This document shows positions 37,701-52,289 of a stretch of 64,000 nt of DNA, piece after piece; position 1 is the first letter of the stretch, and each line of letters begins with the position of its first letter. The position numbers and the translations under genes were made by a program. The stretch comes from Felis catus (Eukaryota), in contig NC_058369.1 in assembly GCF_018350175.1 (NCBI RefSeq), positions 27,654,001 to 27,718,000 of the forward strand, read 5' to 3'. The notes beneath the pieces were generated by a model. That model saw only the letters and a program-made list of their open reading frames with translations, made no database searches and was not told the origin of the DNA.

Positions 37701-39079
37701 TTGGGCCAAGGATTAGGTTTCATTTTTCTTATTACACAAATTTCTGGCACATAGGAGAGGCTCTCTATCTACATTCCACCACCAAAAAATATTGATATAA
37801 TGTCTCAAAGCTTCCTGTTTCTCCTAATAGTATTTTTAAGCAGGACCATAGCAGCAATACTTCACAAGGCTCTATAATGTCTTCAAGTACAAAATTTTGA
37901 AGACAAAAATTGTCTGTGCCATATATAAGGAAGAATATGGTCCTCTTGGGCCACAATGGCATTTCTCAACAACTGATATGGATTGTCTCATAATTGCTAC
38001 AGCCACAGCAATCTATACGGGCCATAAAGGCAGGCCAAAGGGAACTATTATGACCTCTGAATGTTACCATTGACTGTTTGGCCAAGTTTACCCCAACTCC
38101 AAAATGATAGATGGGTTTTTACAAAATGCCCAAAAAAGAAAAAAAATAAAGCTGTGTTTGATTTCTGCACATGGTTTGGCCTCCATTTGTTTAGGAAGTC
38201 TAAAAGCCCTATTCAGCAAAGAGAAAAACAGTGAACTTTGTCTTCTAAATCTTGCTTCCAAATGTGATGAGTAGATGCTTAGCTTCTGCAATTAAACACC
38301 TACCTAATGGCTTTAGTGCCAGGCATTTAGGCCATTCTGGCCTAGTTCTTCCAACTATTCTACTGCATATGAAACACCTTCACCCAGCATGAGACACAAA
38401 GGCAGATTATCCTCTACCTCATCTACCTTGCATCTCCTCATGCTCAATACTGCCACATATTAAGTGTCACTAACACAATAAGCAAATCTAGTGAAGGATG
38501 GGTCTCTGTAAAGCCAACTGTGTTTACACGCAGAGAGTATCAACTTCACACCTATCTCAAAGACTGCACTGTGCACAGCAGGCAAGCACAATAAATACTA
38601 AATTATAAAACTTATGCTAAAAGATGTATGTGATTTGAAGGGGGCTGAATTCCAGTTTCAGGTTCTGAAGCTGCCTGATATTCAAAGGTGGAGTTGAAAA
38701 CTGAGGCCAAAGTTGAAAGAAAAGTACTACACCAACTTCTGATATTACTAGCAGTTAAGTATACTAATGTAATGAACAATTTCCACCTTTATTATGACTA
38801 CTCATAAATAATGATTCTAATGGCAACTTCTGACATTCACTAGTCCATGGCACTCATCATCCAAGACACACATATTGCAACTATTTTATTTTTTGTGTGT
38901 CCCACCCCTTAGGTGGAAACTCTATAACAGAAGGGATTTTTTTTTTTTATCATTTTTATTCACTGCCATATCCCCAGCAGCTGGGACAAACAAAACTATG
39001 ATTATTTGTTGAAAGAATGAATGAGTTCTTACCATTTTCCATGTTATGTCCCTATTGCTTCTCATGAATTAAGTGAAGA

Positions 39080-39330
39080 TAGCATAAACAAAGAGCCGAG
39101 AGCTTGGGCTCCAGAGTCACATAACCTGGGTTCCAAAACTTATTAAATTTTGATCTTGGGCAAGTCACTTAAGCTCTTTGTCCCCACAAATGGTTATCCC
39201 TAAAGTGGAGATGATAATAAGGACACTACCTCAAAAGGTAGGTATAAAATATAATGAGATAGTAAGTATAAGGGGCTCTGCACATATCCTAGGCATACAG
39301 TAAATGTCAGCAAATATTCTTATATTCTTA
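39080..39330 (+). mobile_element. MIR SINE
   Basis: 'gggctccagagtcacataacctgggttcc...tgatcttgggcaagtcacttaagctct...ggcatacagtaaatg'. Confidence 0.8.
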
Positions 39331-39844
39331 CTGTACTTTTTGTAATTATTAATCACATAATTTTCAAAACAACAGCAAAAGGTAGGGACTACTAGTTTTT
39401 CTTTTTATAGTCAGCACTTTGAAGAAGAGAATGCTACTGCATAAAGTAGGAAAATGGTAAAGAGCAGAGAAATGTTAGAAAAAGATGAGAAGGAGGGAAG
39501 ATAAGTAAGACAAACAGAAACAATGCAACAAGAAGGAATCAAGAGCCACTAGCCTAAGAAATAAGAGGCTTCATGTTAGAGAATTTGGTGATGTTTGATC
39601 CTGTGAACATGTGGGAGTCAGGTGGGTTAAAAATTGACCCATACCTTAGAAGCTCCAGAACTGGCAATATACTGCAGTAAGCCAGAATGTGAGTTGCGAA
39701 CTAATAGGGTGGGGTAGAAATCCAGGCTATGAGACTTTGAACTCTGACTCCTTGGCAGAGGAGTCCTTTATTCTCAAAGAGAATAACAGCTCTAGCTTTT
39801 CCCTCAGCAATGGAGTGTTCCAGGACAATTAGGGGTTATCAGAG

Positions 39845-40060
39845 TGTATGCTCTATAGTCAGATGGATTTGAGTTTAGTCACAGCTCAATCACTTATAAG
39901 CTGGGTGGCCATGGGTAAGTTAGTCAATCCCTCCGGGCCTTTTTTTTTTTCTTTTAAAATGGGAATACTAACTGGATCTACTCCACAGGGTTGGCACAGA
40001 AATGAAATGAGATAGTCCCTGAAAAGTGTTCCATGAAGTAAGTGGGCAAGAGAAACTTCC
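39845..40060 (+). mobile_element. MIR SINE
   Basis: 'ctctatagtcagatggatttgagttt...cacttataagctgggtggccatgggtaagttag...aaaatgggaatact'. Confidence 0.7.
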
Positions 40061-40789
40061 AATAATCATATAAGCACAGGCAGTATTTATTTTGCTGAGT
40101 AAATGCTTCTCATAAAATTAATGTGTTTCCTCTTCCAAGCCCTGACTTCCCCAAAGAAAATATATGATGTAAGCAAATCTAAAACCATCCCCAGAAGCAT
40201 GTTACAATCAACAACTATCATTCTTAATGTCTTGGGCAAATTCTCTCAGTGTTCAAATACTAAAAACTCTCAAAGAAGTAGATACTCTACAAAGACAAGT
40301 AGGAAAGTGTTTTAGGAACTTTGTCTAAAGAACAAGACAAATGCATCAATTATGTCACGGAGGTGGTCACAAGAAAGAGTTGAGAAAGAGGAAAGGAATG
40401 GAGGGTCCAATTTTAGCATTCAATATTCCCATGTGCATGTCCCCATGCCCCTGCACACCAGTCCTACCACAGTCAACCAACAAATCGGATGCTTGAAATC
40501 TGCCTCTACCATATCTACATTTGCCTTGGTACTTTCCAACTGTCTTCATTTCTGAGCTTTCCTTAGGAATACTGACAAGGAGAACAAATTTTAGTTTTGG
40601 TTCAAAGGCCAGTCATTTCAAAATGTCAAGTGAAATAACATCCCTGAGTCCTTCACTGTGTTGATAAACTTAGACACAACAAAGAAATCCTGACCCACAG
40701 AGGTCAACCATTCAAGCAGGGAAACAAGTATGCAAGATATTTCTGCCAGCAATGGGAAAAGTATTTGGGAGCCAGACATGGCTTGAAGG

Positions 40790-40995
40790 CACATCTTAAA
40801 AGGGGCTCTAAATTGAGGTTCTGTGTACCACCAGGAGTGTCTTTGAGTGGGCCCTGAGGGTAGGGTGAGGTGGGGTGGAGGTGGGGTGACAACCTGGTGA
40901 AATTGTTTGAGATCATGGCTTTTTACTGTGGAGCTGGGACATAGTTTTCATCAGCCAGTCAGAGGGGTCCAAAAACCAAAAGAGGTTAAAAACCT
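40790..40995. mobile_element. hAT-Charlie (MER102/MER5-group) remnant
   Basis: End 'gggacatagttttcatcagccagtcagaggggtccaaaaaccaaaagaggttaaaaacc'. Confidence 0.5.
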
Positions 40996-41849
40996 AGAAT
41001 GCACTCTCAACTGTCTCATTTTGTAGACAGAATGGCTGAGTCCCTGATAAAACAGGAGTGTTTCTCTCAAGATCATTTACCTGCCAATGGTCTTGCCTTT
41101 GCCACTAGACAAGCATTTTGTTTCTTCCATGTGTAAAGTCCTATTTTCAAGTAACTTGGAGAGTTCTCCTTGCTAAGAGGACTACAATTTATGCTCCCTT
41201 CAAACATTTTGATTTATGTTTAGTGAGAAAGTAGGCATCCCTGAAGCACTTATTTAAAAGAAAGCCAGCCTGCCAGATCAGCAGTGATGTGCAACCCTCA
41301 TAGAAGAATCCACCATCCACCACATCAATAGCCAAGAAAAAGGGTCATAAAAAGAAACACATTGAAGTTTCCAAGCCTCAGAGAGGTTATTACACACAAT
41401 AACAAGATCTTCTCTTGTGTGGAGTTTGAACACACCGGATCTAACATGACATCTTGGTAACAGCAACCAAGATGCAGTCACTGTGTTATCTAATAATGAA
41501 AAGTTGAATATGAAATGTTCCCTTCCACAGCCCCCCTTCACAAATTTAAATCAAAGAGAATCTCTCATGCCAGATATGAATGTATTTATAAATAGTTATC
41601 TGTGGCCTGAGGACAAAAGATTTATACACACAGCCAAATAAGGACACTGATATTTTTAGGCCAAATTTCTATTAGCTCTAGTTATTCTGCCTATTAATTG
41701 ATAAAGACACATGGCAAAAGAGAGAGAAAACTGGAATATTTAGAAGTTGGTGGTTCACTGGTAGCATTCTAAGTGTTACACAGTTTGAGAACAACCATGA
41801 GATTATGAGATAAGAGTATCATCAGCCAAGTGTACGGTATTATGAAATA

Positions 41850-42070
41850 CATTTAGTGTTTACTCTGTGCCAGACACTGTGCTATGTAGGAGTTTTTCAT
41901 GTACTATCTCAGTTAATCCTCACAGTAACTCTAGGGGTGAGTACTAGTGTGAAGTCCAGTTCGCAGGTGAGGAAACAGAGAACCCAAAACAGGTTAAGCA
42001 ACTTGCTGCAATCACATGGCTAATGAATCACAACTTAGATTTAACCCCCAAATCTGTGTGCTCTTCCTCA
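41850..42070 (-). mobile_element. MIR SINE
   Basis: 'tactctgtgccagacactgtgcta...ttaatcctcacagtaactct...caggtgaggaaacagag...gttaagcaacttgc'. Confidence 0.8.
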
Positions 42071-42533
42071 CTACGGTCTATGGTCTTCGCTAGCAAATTT
42101 GGGGAGGTTTTGTCCTAAAGCTGAGTTTATAGGGCCACTTTACATGCCAGTTAGGACCTTAGCACTTTGTTTAAAATTTAAAGTACTTTATTTCTTCCTG
42201 AAAAGGCAAATAGAACACGAAACACCTACAACATACTATACTGTAGTCAGAGCCCTGAAATTACTCATGTATAATTAGCTATATCCATGATCTGAAAATC
42301 TAAAATATCCTTAAAAGCCCTACTATAAATACGAGAGACTAGAATAGTTAAATAGCTAATTAACTAGCTATTGTTCTTCTTATCACTTCTTGGCATTTCT
42401 ACTTAGTTCTCTGAAACAACCCCAACTACTATCTAAGCAGAAGGTCAGAACCAAGGGGTCCTTGCATCAACCATGGAGAATACAGAGGGTGGGAAGGTGG
42501 TGATTTTTACTCCCTAAAGTTACTAAAAAACTT

Positions 42534-42566
<33 letters not shown>

Positions 42567-42573
42567 ATACATA

Positions 42574-42656
<83 letters not shown>

Positions 42657-42659
42657 TTT
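42534..42659. repeat. Compound microsatellite (TG)n(TA)n plus poly(T)
   Basis: Directly visible. Confidence 0.97.
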
Positions 42660-43597
42660 AACTCCACCACCCAACCCCCTGCCTCAGGAGAAGATTCAAA
42701 GCTTCTCAAAAAGGCTCAGGACCTGAGGTGGGGAAAAGAAAAAGAAAAAAGGAAAGAAAACTTAAAGCTTAGAAAATTAACTGAACAGTCCCTTCTGCAT
42801 TTGGGGGCTTAGGAATTCAGCAGACAAACACAACTAAACCATTCTGTGAAGCTATCAAAACGCTGTTCTTTCTGACATTGTTTTGATTTCCCACTCAACA
42901 TCTGAAAACTGTTTTGACATAAGTAGCTAAAAATGTCATACTGAGGCTGAGATACTCCAGAGCCAGGACCCACCAAGACTCTTCTAAATCACCTCCTCAA
43001 AGCACCAAGGAATATCCTGACCTTGGTCTTGTGGTTCTGAAGAGCTTCAGGAATGAGCGGGCATTTTAGACTTTCAGGTTGTTTATGTAGTCAATGCATT
43101 AACACCTCACTCATCAAAGCCAGAAACACAGTTTGTAAGTTACTGTTTCCCTCAATGCATTTTTATCGTATATTTTGCACATGCTTCTATTTCCCAGATT
43201 CAGGGAAAACAAGATGTTTAGTTGAAAATGTTTACCGTGGAGGCCTTATAAATTACATGATAGTCTTGGGAGAGGAAGGTATTTTGCCAAATACCAGCTA
43301 TGGGAATAAAATATTTTAGAGATTATCTTGGGATCACTTTGTTTTCTATTGATACCAAAACCCTTCCTAAGTAGAAATAGCTCAAGCAGGGGTACAAAAG
43401 TGTTGATGAAGCCCATTTAGGACTTGCATACCCTCACAGAACACTCCAGGTAAATGAGGCACTCTGCAACTCTAAGAGGTGTTGGGGCTGCTCTTCAGTG
43501 ACTGAAGAATGAGTGGGTCACTTAGATTCTCAACCTGCCCACAGGTAAGTAAGCCCATGTGACAAGGATACATATTTTCAACAAGAAAGAAACAGTA

Positions 43598-43769
43598 GGG
43601 CCCCCTGGGTGGCTCAGTCGGTTAAGCGTCCAACTTTGGCTCGGGTCATGATCTCATTTGTGAGTTTGAGTCCCACTTCAGGCTCTGTGCTGACAGCTCA
43701 GAGTCTGGAACCCGTTTCAGATTCTTTGTCTCCCTCTCTCTCTGCCCCTCTCTGCTCATACTCTGTCTG

Positions 43770-43806
<37 letters not shown>

Positions 43807-43830
43807 AATAAATAAACATTAAAAAAATTA
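43598..43830 (+). mobile_element. Can-SINE
   Basis: gggccccctgggtggctcagtcggttaagcg...(CT)n aaaaataaaataaac; degenerate TSD a(a/g)gaaagaaac. Confidence 0.95.
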
Positions 43831-44634
43831 GGAAAGAAACTAGAAAAATGACTGTCATTGCCTGCCACATAAAGAAGAACTATGGAAGTGAATGAAAACT
43901 TTCTTAATGAAAGGTTCTAGTAACTCTGGGGGATGAAGCAACAGCTCTTCCCCAATGTATGAAGGTTGGCTGACAGGACTGTTCCACAACAAAGACATCA
44001 TGTGTCTGACAGATGGCAATACACTGTACTGACTCCTTTTCCTAATTTAACAAATTTGCATTTTGTGAATTTTCTCTTCCCAGCGAAAAGATATCGTAAA
44101 AGACCACCCAAACGTACACTGTTCTTTCCCCCCACTCTCCCTCTTTCACGTTATGTTTGACACAGTCTAAGGAAACCACTACCAGCTTACTAAATTGACT
44201 CATCATCCCAGCTACTGATGAGTATCACACATTCTGTCACAGGCCTAAGTGTTAATCCTCCATGTTTTCTGACTCCAATTAAGTTTCACTTCAGGCCAGA
44301 GGTAGTTAACTGACGACACAACAAGAAATCCTGTTGAAACAATACATGAAAGTATGCATTTGTGATCTTCACTTGAAGAAAAGAAAGGAGCCGTCACTTT
44401 ATCAGATGCCTGAAGGTTCAATGCCTCTGCTTTAGTTAGAGGTTGTTATAACTAGCCATAAGGCTACAACCTCTGTTGCACTGCAGAATTTCATGGGGTT
44501 TGGCTATGTCATTTGGATGACATAAAGGCAGAGAAGGGCTTCAAGCTCTGGTGAGGCTATCTGGAGAACCAGGCTGTCTAAGGAGCATCAAGTATCACTC
44601 AAGTTCGGTGTGGAGAACTCATAGCCAAGTATAG

Positions 44635-44740
44635 CTTGCTGCCACAGAAGGTGAGGGGTTTCTTCCGCCAATGCTGGACATATTTAAATTCCAGCTGAAG
44701 GCCATTGTGAGGGTGTTAGAGGAGAGCTCTACATAGGAAT
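44635..44740 (+). mobile_element. Possible L3/CR1 (or MIR3) 3' end
   Basis: 'ctgccacagaaggtgaggggtttct...ctggacatatttaaattccagctgaaggccattgtgagggtgttagaggag' resembles the CR1 tail. Confidence 0.4.
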
Positions 44741-44929
44741 GAGAACATCAGTCATTACAGGATCACACTAGGAGTCTAGACTTGACAGATTCTTCATTTT
44801 GACTTTCTGGAACACGGGGAATTCTATCCTACAGGGGTACCTCTAAATTAGGCCCCTTCTTTAAAGAGCAGTGCCCAATTCTGCCCACAATGTTGGAATT
44901 TCTCTTCACTTCCTTACTTTCATACTTAT

Positions 44930-45480
44930 TATACCTATACCTACCCCATGCTCTTATACTGTGGGTAGAAACAAAGTCTCTCTCATCAAACAGTTCGTAT
45001 TCTGGGGTCTGAGTATGTGGAGTAGAGGTAGAGATGGGCAAAATAATAAATAAAAAAGAAATGCTCTAATAGCAAGAGGTGATCTGAAGAAAATGATAAA
45101 ATAGGGGAGCAGACTGGATGGCTACTCAGTAGGGTAGAGGAAGCTACTTGCACTCAGGGACCAGGAGAAAGCTGTCAAGAAATGAAAAATGAGAAAGAGC
45201 CTGATGAGAAAGTGGTGGCCTCGTGTAAAAATCTGGTGCAAGAGAATTCCAGGCAGACTGAAGCCCAAATGCTAAGGAGAAGACTGTGGACTTGTGTGTT
45301 CAAGGAAGAGAGAAAACACCAGCATGGGTACAGCCTTAAAAAACAAAATAGTGGTATGAGAGAAGAGAGAAGCAGTGCTGGGGTCACAGTCCAGAGGTGT
45401 GTTTCATTCTATAAACATGGGAAGCCACCAGAGAGTTTTAAGCAGAGGAATGACATAAATTGATTCTGTTTCAAAAAAGG
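44930..45480 (-). mobile_element. L2 LINE fragment
   Basis: 'aattccaggcagactgaagcccaaatgctaagg...tgggaagccaccagagagttttaagcagaggaatgacataaattgatt'. Confidence 0.7.
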
Positions 45481-47549
45481 TAATGATGGCCATTTATCAT
45501 AATTTCCAATGTATGCTAAAGTTAAACATAATCTTAACTATGAACCTAGAATTATGATGTACAACACCTTTCTGATAACAACACTAATTTTTCCCTGAAA
45601 ATCTTTGTAGTTATATTATCCAAAAATATCTACAGACACAACAGCTACAGAATTTTAATTGTTATTCCACATGACAACAAAAAACCAAACCACCACCACC
45701 ACTGGAAAAAAAAATGGCATTCCCATGGTAAAATAAAATTGGTGAATGTTTAGTTAAGCCAAATAAATAGATTTCTTGGCTACAAGAAAGTAAAAATTCT
45801 CACAGCATCTCATAGAAATGGAGTTTATGCTTCTCATAGAAGCAGGACATTATGCTTCATGTTATTCTTGAATTCAAATAGATGTTTTCTTTTTTTTTTT
45901 TTAATTTTTTTTAAAAGGATTAAAATGTTCATTCATGGAATGCCTCCATATTCAAAAGGACTTAATGTTGTCCTGTCCTGGTCTCTTCTAAATTTCAGGA
46001 TAATTCCTAGGTTTCCAGCTGATTAACCTGGTTAAGACAACATAAGGCAAATAGAAAATGGGCCATTGCTAATGTGACAAATAGCCAAATTCTATTGCTG
46101 TTCTTGAACTGTGGTCTCTGATTTCTTGCTACGAATAAGTAGGTCATCAGTGGGGACCTGCAAAACCCCTTCACTATGCTAAGATTCCCACAGTGACAGT
46201 GCCTGGCTGGCATTATCTAACCTCATAGATAACCTTAGATAACACCATCACCTGACATTCTACCCACATTGTTACAGTTTCATGGCAAGGAAAATATTGA
46301 AGAGCCCCCACACCGAGACTAAGTGATGCCCTTGATAATTAAGAATTCTTATGGAGTTTCTAGAATGATAAATAGTCAAACAGAGAAGTTAACAAACATA
46401 AAAAACTTTAATGTGAAATGGCCTAAATGTGCCAAATTAACCTTAAATGAACTCAAAAGACCTTCAGCTCCAAAATCGACATTAATCATTTTCTGGAACT
46501 CAAGGAAAGGCCTGATGTAGTTAATTTTAAATTTCACTTTATGATGGAAAGCAGTACAATCCCACAGGATTCAAGGTATCTATTAGTTTACATTCTTGCC
46601 AGGGTCAGCGAAAAAAAGCCCACTATTGATCTGCTATTAAAAATCAGTTGACTTCACTTCTTTCTGAACAGGTTCTCCCTGATTGCTGAGCACTGGCTGA
46701 TCTTACCTCTACCTAGTGCCAACATGAAGAGATAAATAGACTATTCAGGGAGAGCTCTTCACATTACATTAGCTGAATAAATAGTGATGTATGGGTTTCT
46801 TCTCTCAAGTGCTGCCTTAGCTTGTAAAGATGAGAGCAAGGGAGACAGGGTTTATAAATCCTATTAGAATATTCACACAAACACAAAGTAACTTTCCTGA
46901 AGATCATTAAGGGAAACAAAAATATGAACATTTTGTCTTTTAATTGTAGCTTTTGAGACTCCAAGAAAGGCCCACAATAAACCTGAGAGATTTAGAAGTT
47001 AAATGGAATCACAGAAGAAAAAAACCTAATATACTGTTTTATGAGCAGTATTCAAAAAAAAAAAAAAAACAAAGTAGGATGAAGGCCCTTGTAGTACTTT
47101 GGTAGGCTAGAGCATTAGCACAAACCAATTCAGCTGAAGTGAAATATATTATCAAAATTATTTTGCTCTGGGAATATTTCAGAATGAGTTTTTGTCCTCC
47201 TTAATCTGTTTTTAAGGATTCTGTGCTCAATTTCCAGTGTGGACCATTTCTTACAGAATGGAAGGAAACTGAGCCAGGGTAAGGGCCTAGGGCTGATTAT
47301 CTATCTACTAAAACAATGTAATCAGTGCTTCAGAGAGCAGCTTGTCCATTTGGCTCCACTATACACACAGAAAGAGAATGGGTTCTCAACAGTTATGACA
47401 TCAACCACAGCCTCTGTTCTCTTAGAATCTTTAGAACATCCCAGTGACTTTTATACATAACTTGCATGCTCACCAAATCCTGAGTTTCCTATTAGTAAAT
47501 TAGAGATTGTAGCAGGGCAAAGGCAGCAGATGAAGTCCTATGCATTATG

Positions 47550-47930
47550 TATTAGGATTCTTTCTGACAAAAAGCAGAGGGCATTTTTGTTGACTCACAT
47601 AAACATACCCCAGAACAGCAGGCAGAGTTGGCATAGGCCTTTGCCCCGCTGGCTTTTGGTTTCACTCTCTCAGAATGAAGGTAACTGCCTGGCCAGGGAA
47701 TATGGCCCCAGGAATCCCCCAACCTAGTAATCAGAGAGGAATGGGGAATCAGAGAGAATTTCCCCAACAGAACCTGAAAAGCACAAAATAAGCACAGGGA
47801 GAAGCCTGCCTTGGGTCAAGTGTCCATTCATTTATCACCCCTGTGGCCAAAGGAGGTTAAGTACCATACCTCATCTGGTGATGAGTGAGGAAGGAATTCT
47901 GGGCAGACCAAAAATAACAGCCTCTATGCA
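47550..47930 (-). mobile_element. Old MaLR LTR (MLT1J/K-like)
   Basis: Starts 'tgtattaggattcttt'; internal 'cttgggtcaagtgtccattc...cctgtggccaaagga'. Confidence 0.45.
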
Positions 47931-48186
47931 TTGGAAGGACAAGGCACAGAACACAACTTTATGAATTCTGATTAACCAAGTACACAAAATTATCAGGTGC
48001 TTATAGGATCAGCATTCCGTGACTTCCAGACGAATAGTACTTTTGCCTCTTATTAAGTGGCATACTATCCTTGACATACCAGAGGGCACTCCTTAGTCAC
48101 TAACTGCTGTGCGTGCTCTACCCAGTGGTTTTTCAGCAGTGGTACTCTGAACTTCTCATGCTGGCTTCTTATTGCTTTATTATTAG

Positions 48187-48635
48187 TGCCTCAGACCAGG
48201 TTCCCCAGAGCAGATCCTGAGAGAAGTTAAGTGCCAGTGGATTTCTTGAGACATGCCCTTATGGAATTGGAGGAGGTTAGACAGTAAATAGAAGAAAGAT
48301 ACTGCAAGGTATATTCATTAGTGGGTTCCTGCTTTGAACAACTGGGGCTCAATCCACTGGTGGCCTCCTAGAGACAACAACAGACACATTTCTGAGTTTC
48401 CCATTGGTGGCCAATAGAGTTGGAAGATTGACCCTTCAACTTCCACTTGCCATTTGCTGAGGGCTATTTCTAGGGTGACATTAACTTCCCAGCATTTGAA
48501 GACTGATCCCTGCACTGGTGGGAAAAAGCCCTGAAGTAGTTAGGAGCAGTTACTTGTAATAGAATGGCCTCCCTCAGTATGCACAAGGAGGGTTAGTCCT
48601 AAGGGATATGGCCAAAACACATGGCTTTGAATTCC
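48187..48635 (-). mobile_element. ERVL LTR (LTR16/LTR33-like)
   Basis: 'tgcctcagaccaggttccccagagcagatcctgaga...aactggggctcaatccactgg...ctaagggatatgg'. Confidence 0.55.
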
Positions 48636-50065
48636 ACCAGTAACACACATTTATGAAAAAAAAATGATTTATTTATTCATCAACTACTTTCCCAGCTCCT
48701 ATTATGTGCAGGTACTCGTCTAGGAGCTGTAAATACATTGAGGGACCAAACAAAGATTACCTTCTTATTTAATACTCAGCAAAACTGGGCTAGGCAGAGG
48801 TGGATTCCACAGGCTATATATCACAACCCTGTCCAAACATCAGCTTTAAGCGTGGTTCCTAATTGGGAAATAGCAGGATCATTAGTATTGGGCTTCCCCA
48901 TCACTAATCAAGGTATGCTGAGGTCTTTAAGCTAGTAATCAATTTGAATCAAGAACTAGAGTAAGCAGATAGGTATTGGAAGGAAGTCGTTTCCATTAAA
49001 GGACACTGAGATAAAAGTTTTGTTTTCAAAACGCTTTTGGGACTTCTTCCCTGTGGTGACTTGTGCCCAGAGGCACTGCAGAGTGGCCTGCTCTGACTCT
49101 GACAGCTGAGTAGGGTGTCAGCTTCTGGACTGGAGAGGACTAATGTTAATTTGACCACCTGGGGATTAAACTGGCATTGGTGACTTCAAATATGTCCTGC
49201 AGAAACTAACTGATCTCCATTTCAAACACAAAGTATTCTGCCTTCCAAATGATACAGAATTCCATTTTATCTACATTGGCCAGGTAAAGCAGCATATTTG
49301 CCAAAATTCTAGACATGGGGAGTTATTTGTAAAGCCTCAGAATATCATCAAGTGTTGCCTTAAATAAACCCGTCACACTTATACAGAAAGTAGTGAACTG
49401 TATGTATAGGTAAAGACAAGTTAGACCTATTCTGAGGTGGAAAAAAGGTATAAACAAGTAAAGCAAATTTCTATTGTACCCTAAACATCTATGTACATAA
49501 CTTAGAATATGCTAAATGGCAATTTTACTTATTCTGGCTATCTCTATCATTTGGCATTTCCCATCTCAGGGAAATGAGTCTGACTTCAAAGGGTTGCTTA
49601 GCTGTGAAGACTCTATCTGATTAATGGCTACTGAAACAAATAGTCAGAAAATTAAGTGTTGATGGCAGTCTGGATGAGTTAGTGTGGACTATATAGCAGA
49701 ATGAGCAATACATGTGGCACATGCCCTTGACAGACACCATTCATTGATTGCAGCTCACTCTCTCATTGTGCCCAGAATGAGCCTCAGAATCTTCCATGGT
49801 CCAGTTCTTCAGACAGTCACAACTGATCTTGTGGAGACAGTACTCAAGATGAAAGCTAATTGACACCCATGGTTTCTTCAGAGAGCCTGGGCCTCTTAAC
49901 ATGCCATTATTGAGAAGGAGTGGTGGGGGGAAGTAGGGAGGAAGGAAGGGAGAGACAGGTAGGAGAGAGGGAACAGGGAAGGAGAGGAAGGAAAATAAAA
50001 TAAACTTTTAAAATAAGTACCTCCTCCTTCGTTCTCTGCAAACACTGCTATTTCGGGATTTAAAG

Positions 50066-50614
50066 TGAAAGGGATAAGCAGTTGCTACACGAAAATATGC
50101 CACTCTGGCATACTAATAATTTTGAGCTGAAAGCAACTAAAAAATAGCAGATGTAAGAAGAGCTCTCTCACTTCTCCCTTTTACCTAAAAGCAGGACATA
50201 AATTTCCAGTGAGAAAGGTATCTTCCCTATACCAGGAAGACAAGAACAGTCTTACCCCAGAGATGAGAAGTTGATGCTAAATTGAATTTATATACACACA
50301 CAAACCCACGGAAATAAACCTTATCTTCCATTTGTTTCCTGTATGTATTCTTAGCCACTTTCCCACAGTTTACACTCCCAGCACAAACCCCATTTTCCTT
50401 TGTCTTGTTGCATTTCCACAGTTTATCATTCCGTTAAAACCATTCTTTGGGTTTTCATTTCCAATATATGTGAAAGTCTCTGTGTATGTGTAAAAATATT
50501 AACATAAAATGTGAGTATCTTCCTTTTGTATATCAGCCTTTGTCAGTTTAATTCTCAGGACCAGACACAGAACCTAAAAGGGTAGGAGAAAATTCTCTCT
50601 TCCCTGCCCCTGCA
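50066..50614 (+). mobile_element. MER34-like ERV1 solo LTR
   Basis: 'aaaatatgccactctggcata...ttttgagctgaaagcaact...ctaaaagcaggacataaattt' ... 'gtcagtttaattctcagg...agaacctaaaagggtagg'. Confidence 0.8.
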
Positions 50615-50998
50615 CACAACAATTTATAACTGTCTACCCTGAAACTGTATCAGGCTGACTTTCCTGAGAAAACTCAGGCAAAATCATTCTTTCCAGAAAC
50701 AAAGAAAGAAGAACAAAAAAATGACCACAGCCTTAAGACAACTGAGCAGTTCTCAGAGGGAAGAAATTGTCCAAATAAAACTCAAGGGCATTCTACCTTT
50801 AGAAGGATGGTCAAGAAAGACAAAATATATAGAGAAGGATTAAAATTCCAAAGACCATTTTCTTCTCAACACTCCTCATTTTTTCTTCTACTGTGGTTAC
50901 TATACAACGAATCATTCCTTTTGCCATATCACACAGATAGCTATGATTGGAACTCCCTCAAGAGTCCAAGGGACCCTGGGTAGGAGAGTATAATATAA

Positions 50999-51001
<3 letters not shown>

Positions 51002-51038
<37 letters not shown>
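51002..51038. repeat. (TA)n microsatellite
   Basis: Perfect dinucleotide run, ~37 bp. Confidence 0.97.
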
Positions 51039-51040
<2 letters not shown>

Positions 51041-52289
51041 TAAACTCTGTAAAAGTTTTCATCATACCAGCTACTTCTGTTGGTGACCCAGATCATCATT
51101 CACCAGGTATAAATGAGGTTGGCTGTGAACAAGGTTAGGAATTAGAGCCAAGGATGATCTATTAGTTCATCTTGCTTGTCTCATGGGGAAAAAAGCAGAA
51201 TCATTTCTCTGGAGAGTTTTCTTGAATGGTTTCCCAATTCTAACTTGAAACCACATTCAAAATCTTGTGACTTTCCTCTTTCTTGAAGCCCACCAGTAAT
51301 TAGTTGTTTTGCCACTTCCAAGGCAATGATACCCAACACGAACACACAAACTATTAACACACAACATCACCCACTTTTATACTGCAAGCTCATTTTCAAG
51401 CATTATTTGTTTTCATAAACTTAAGCTAGGATGACTCTTTCCTCACTGCCTTTAATTAATAAAGAAAGCTTAATATGCACTTTTTCCCCCCATCAATCTG
51501 GCACTAAAAAATGCTGAATTGCGGTTGCAGTAATTTGAAAGAAGAGTTTGGGGCTATTAGAAGAAATTCACATCAGGCATTTCTCTCCATGGCCTACTTA
51601 GATTTTTCAAAGTGAAGGAATGTTTCAAGGAAAATAAAAAATCTTGGGGTACTGGAGAAGTCTGCCCCATCTAAAGTCCTATTTTTCAATTTTCTACACA
51701 AAGACGCCTTATGGTGCATTTTAATAATGTAGCTTGAAATATATTTTGAAAGAGGGAACAAGTTGTAATCTGATCCAGGACAGAACAATGCCTCACATAG
51801 ATTCCTGAACAAGTATCTGACTGTGGGAGCCCTGCTCTTTTGTCTCCTGGGTAATTATTTTATACATTTGGGAGGTTTATAGGGAATGTGTATGAGCTTT
51901 TCAAGTAAAAAGGTGTGAGGCTCTGACTCTTCCTGGAAATCTGAAAGGAAAAGAGAATATGAAATTAACAGGTAGCCTCCCATACAGAACCAGAGAGATC
52001 CCACAGGTCACCCGCACTGCTGAATATTCCAAAGTTACATTTGTTAAAAATGCAGAAACAGCTTGAAAACATACCTGACTTTACCTTTTAAAAGGATTAA
52101 AAATTTAAGTAGCTTTATGAATTTCTCTCCCACCTCCCTATTCTTGATTCTATCCCTAATGCCCTGATAGGATCTGTGGTTGCTTCACTTAAATACAGCG
52201 AAACTGTGAACATGTCCTTTTCTAAATAAACCCACTCTAATATAAACGTTATAATCACAACATCTCTCACTCACTAAGGTGTTTCCTAA

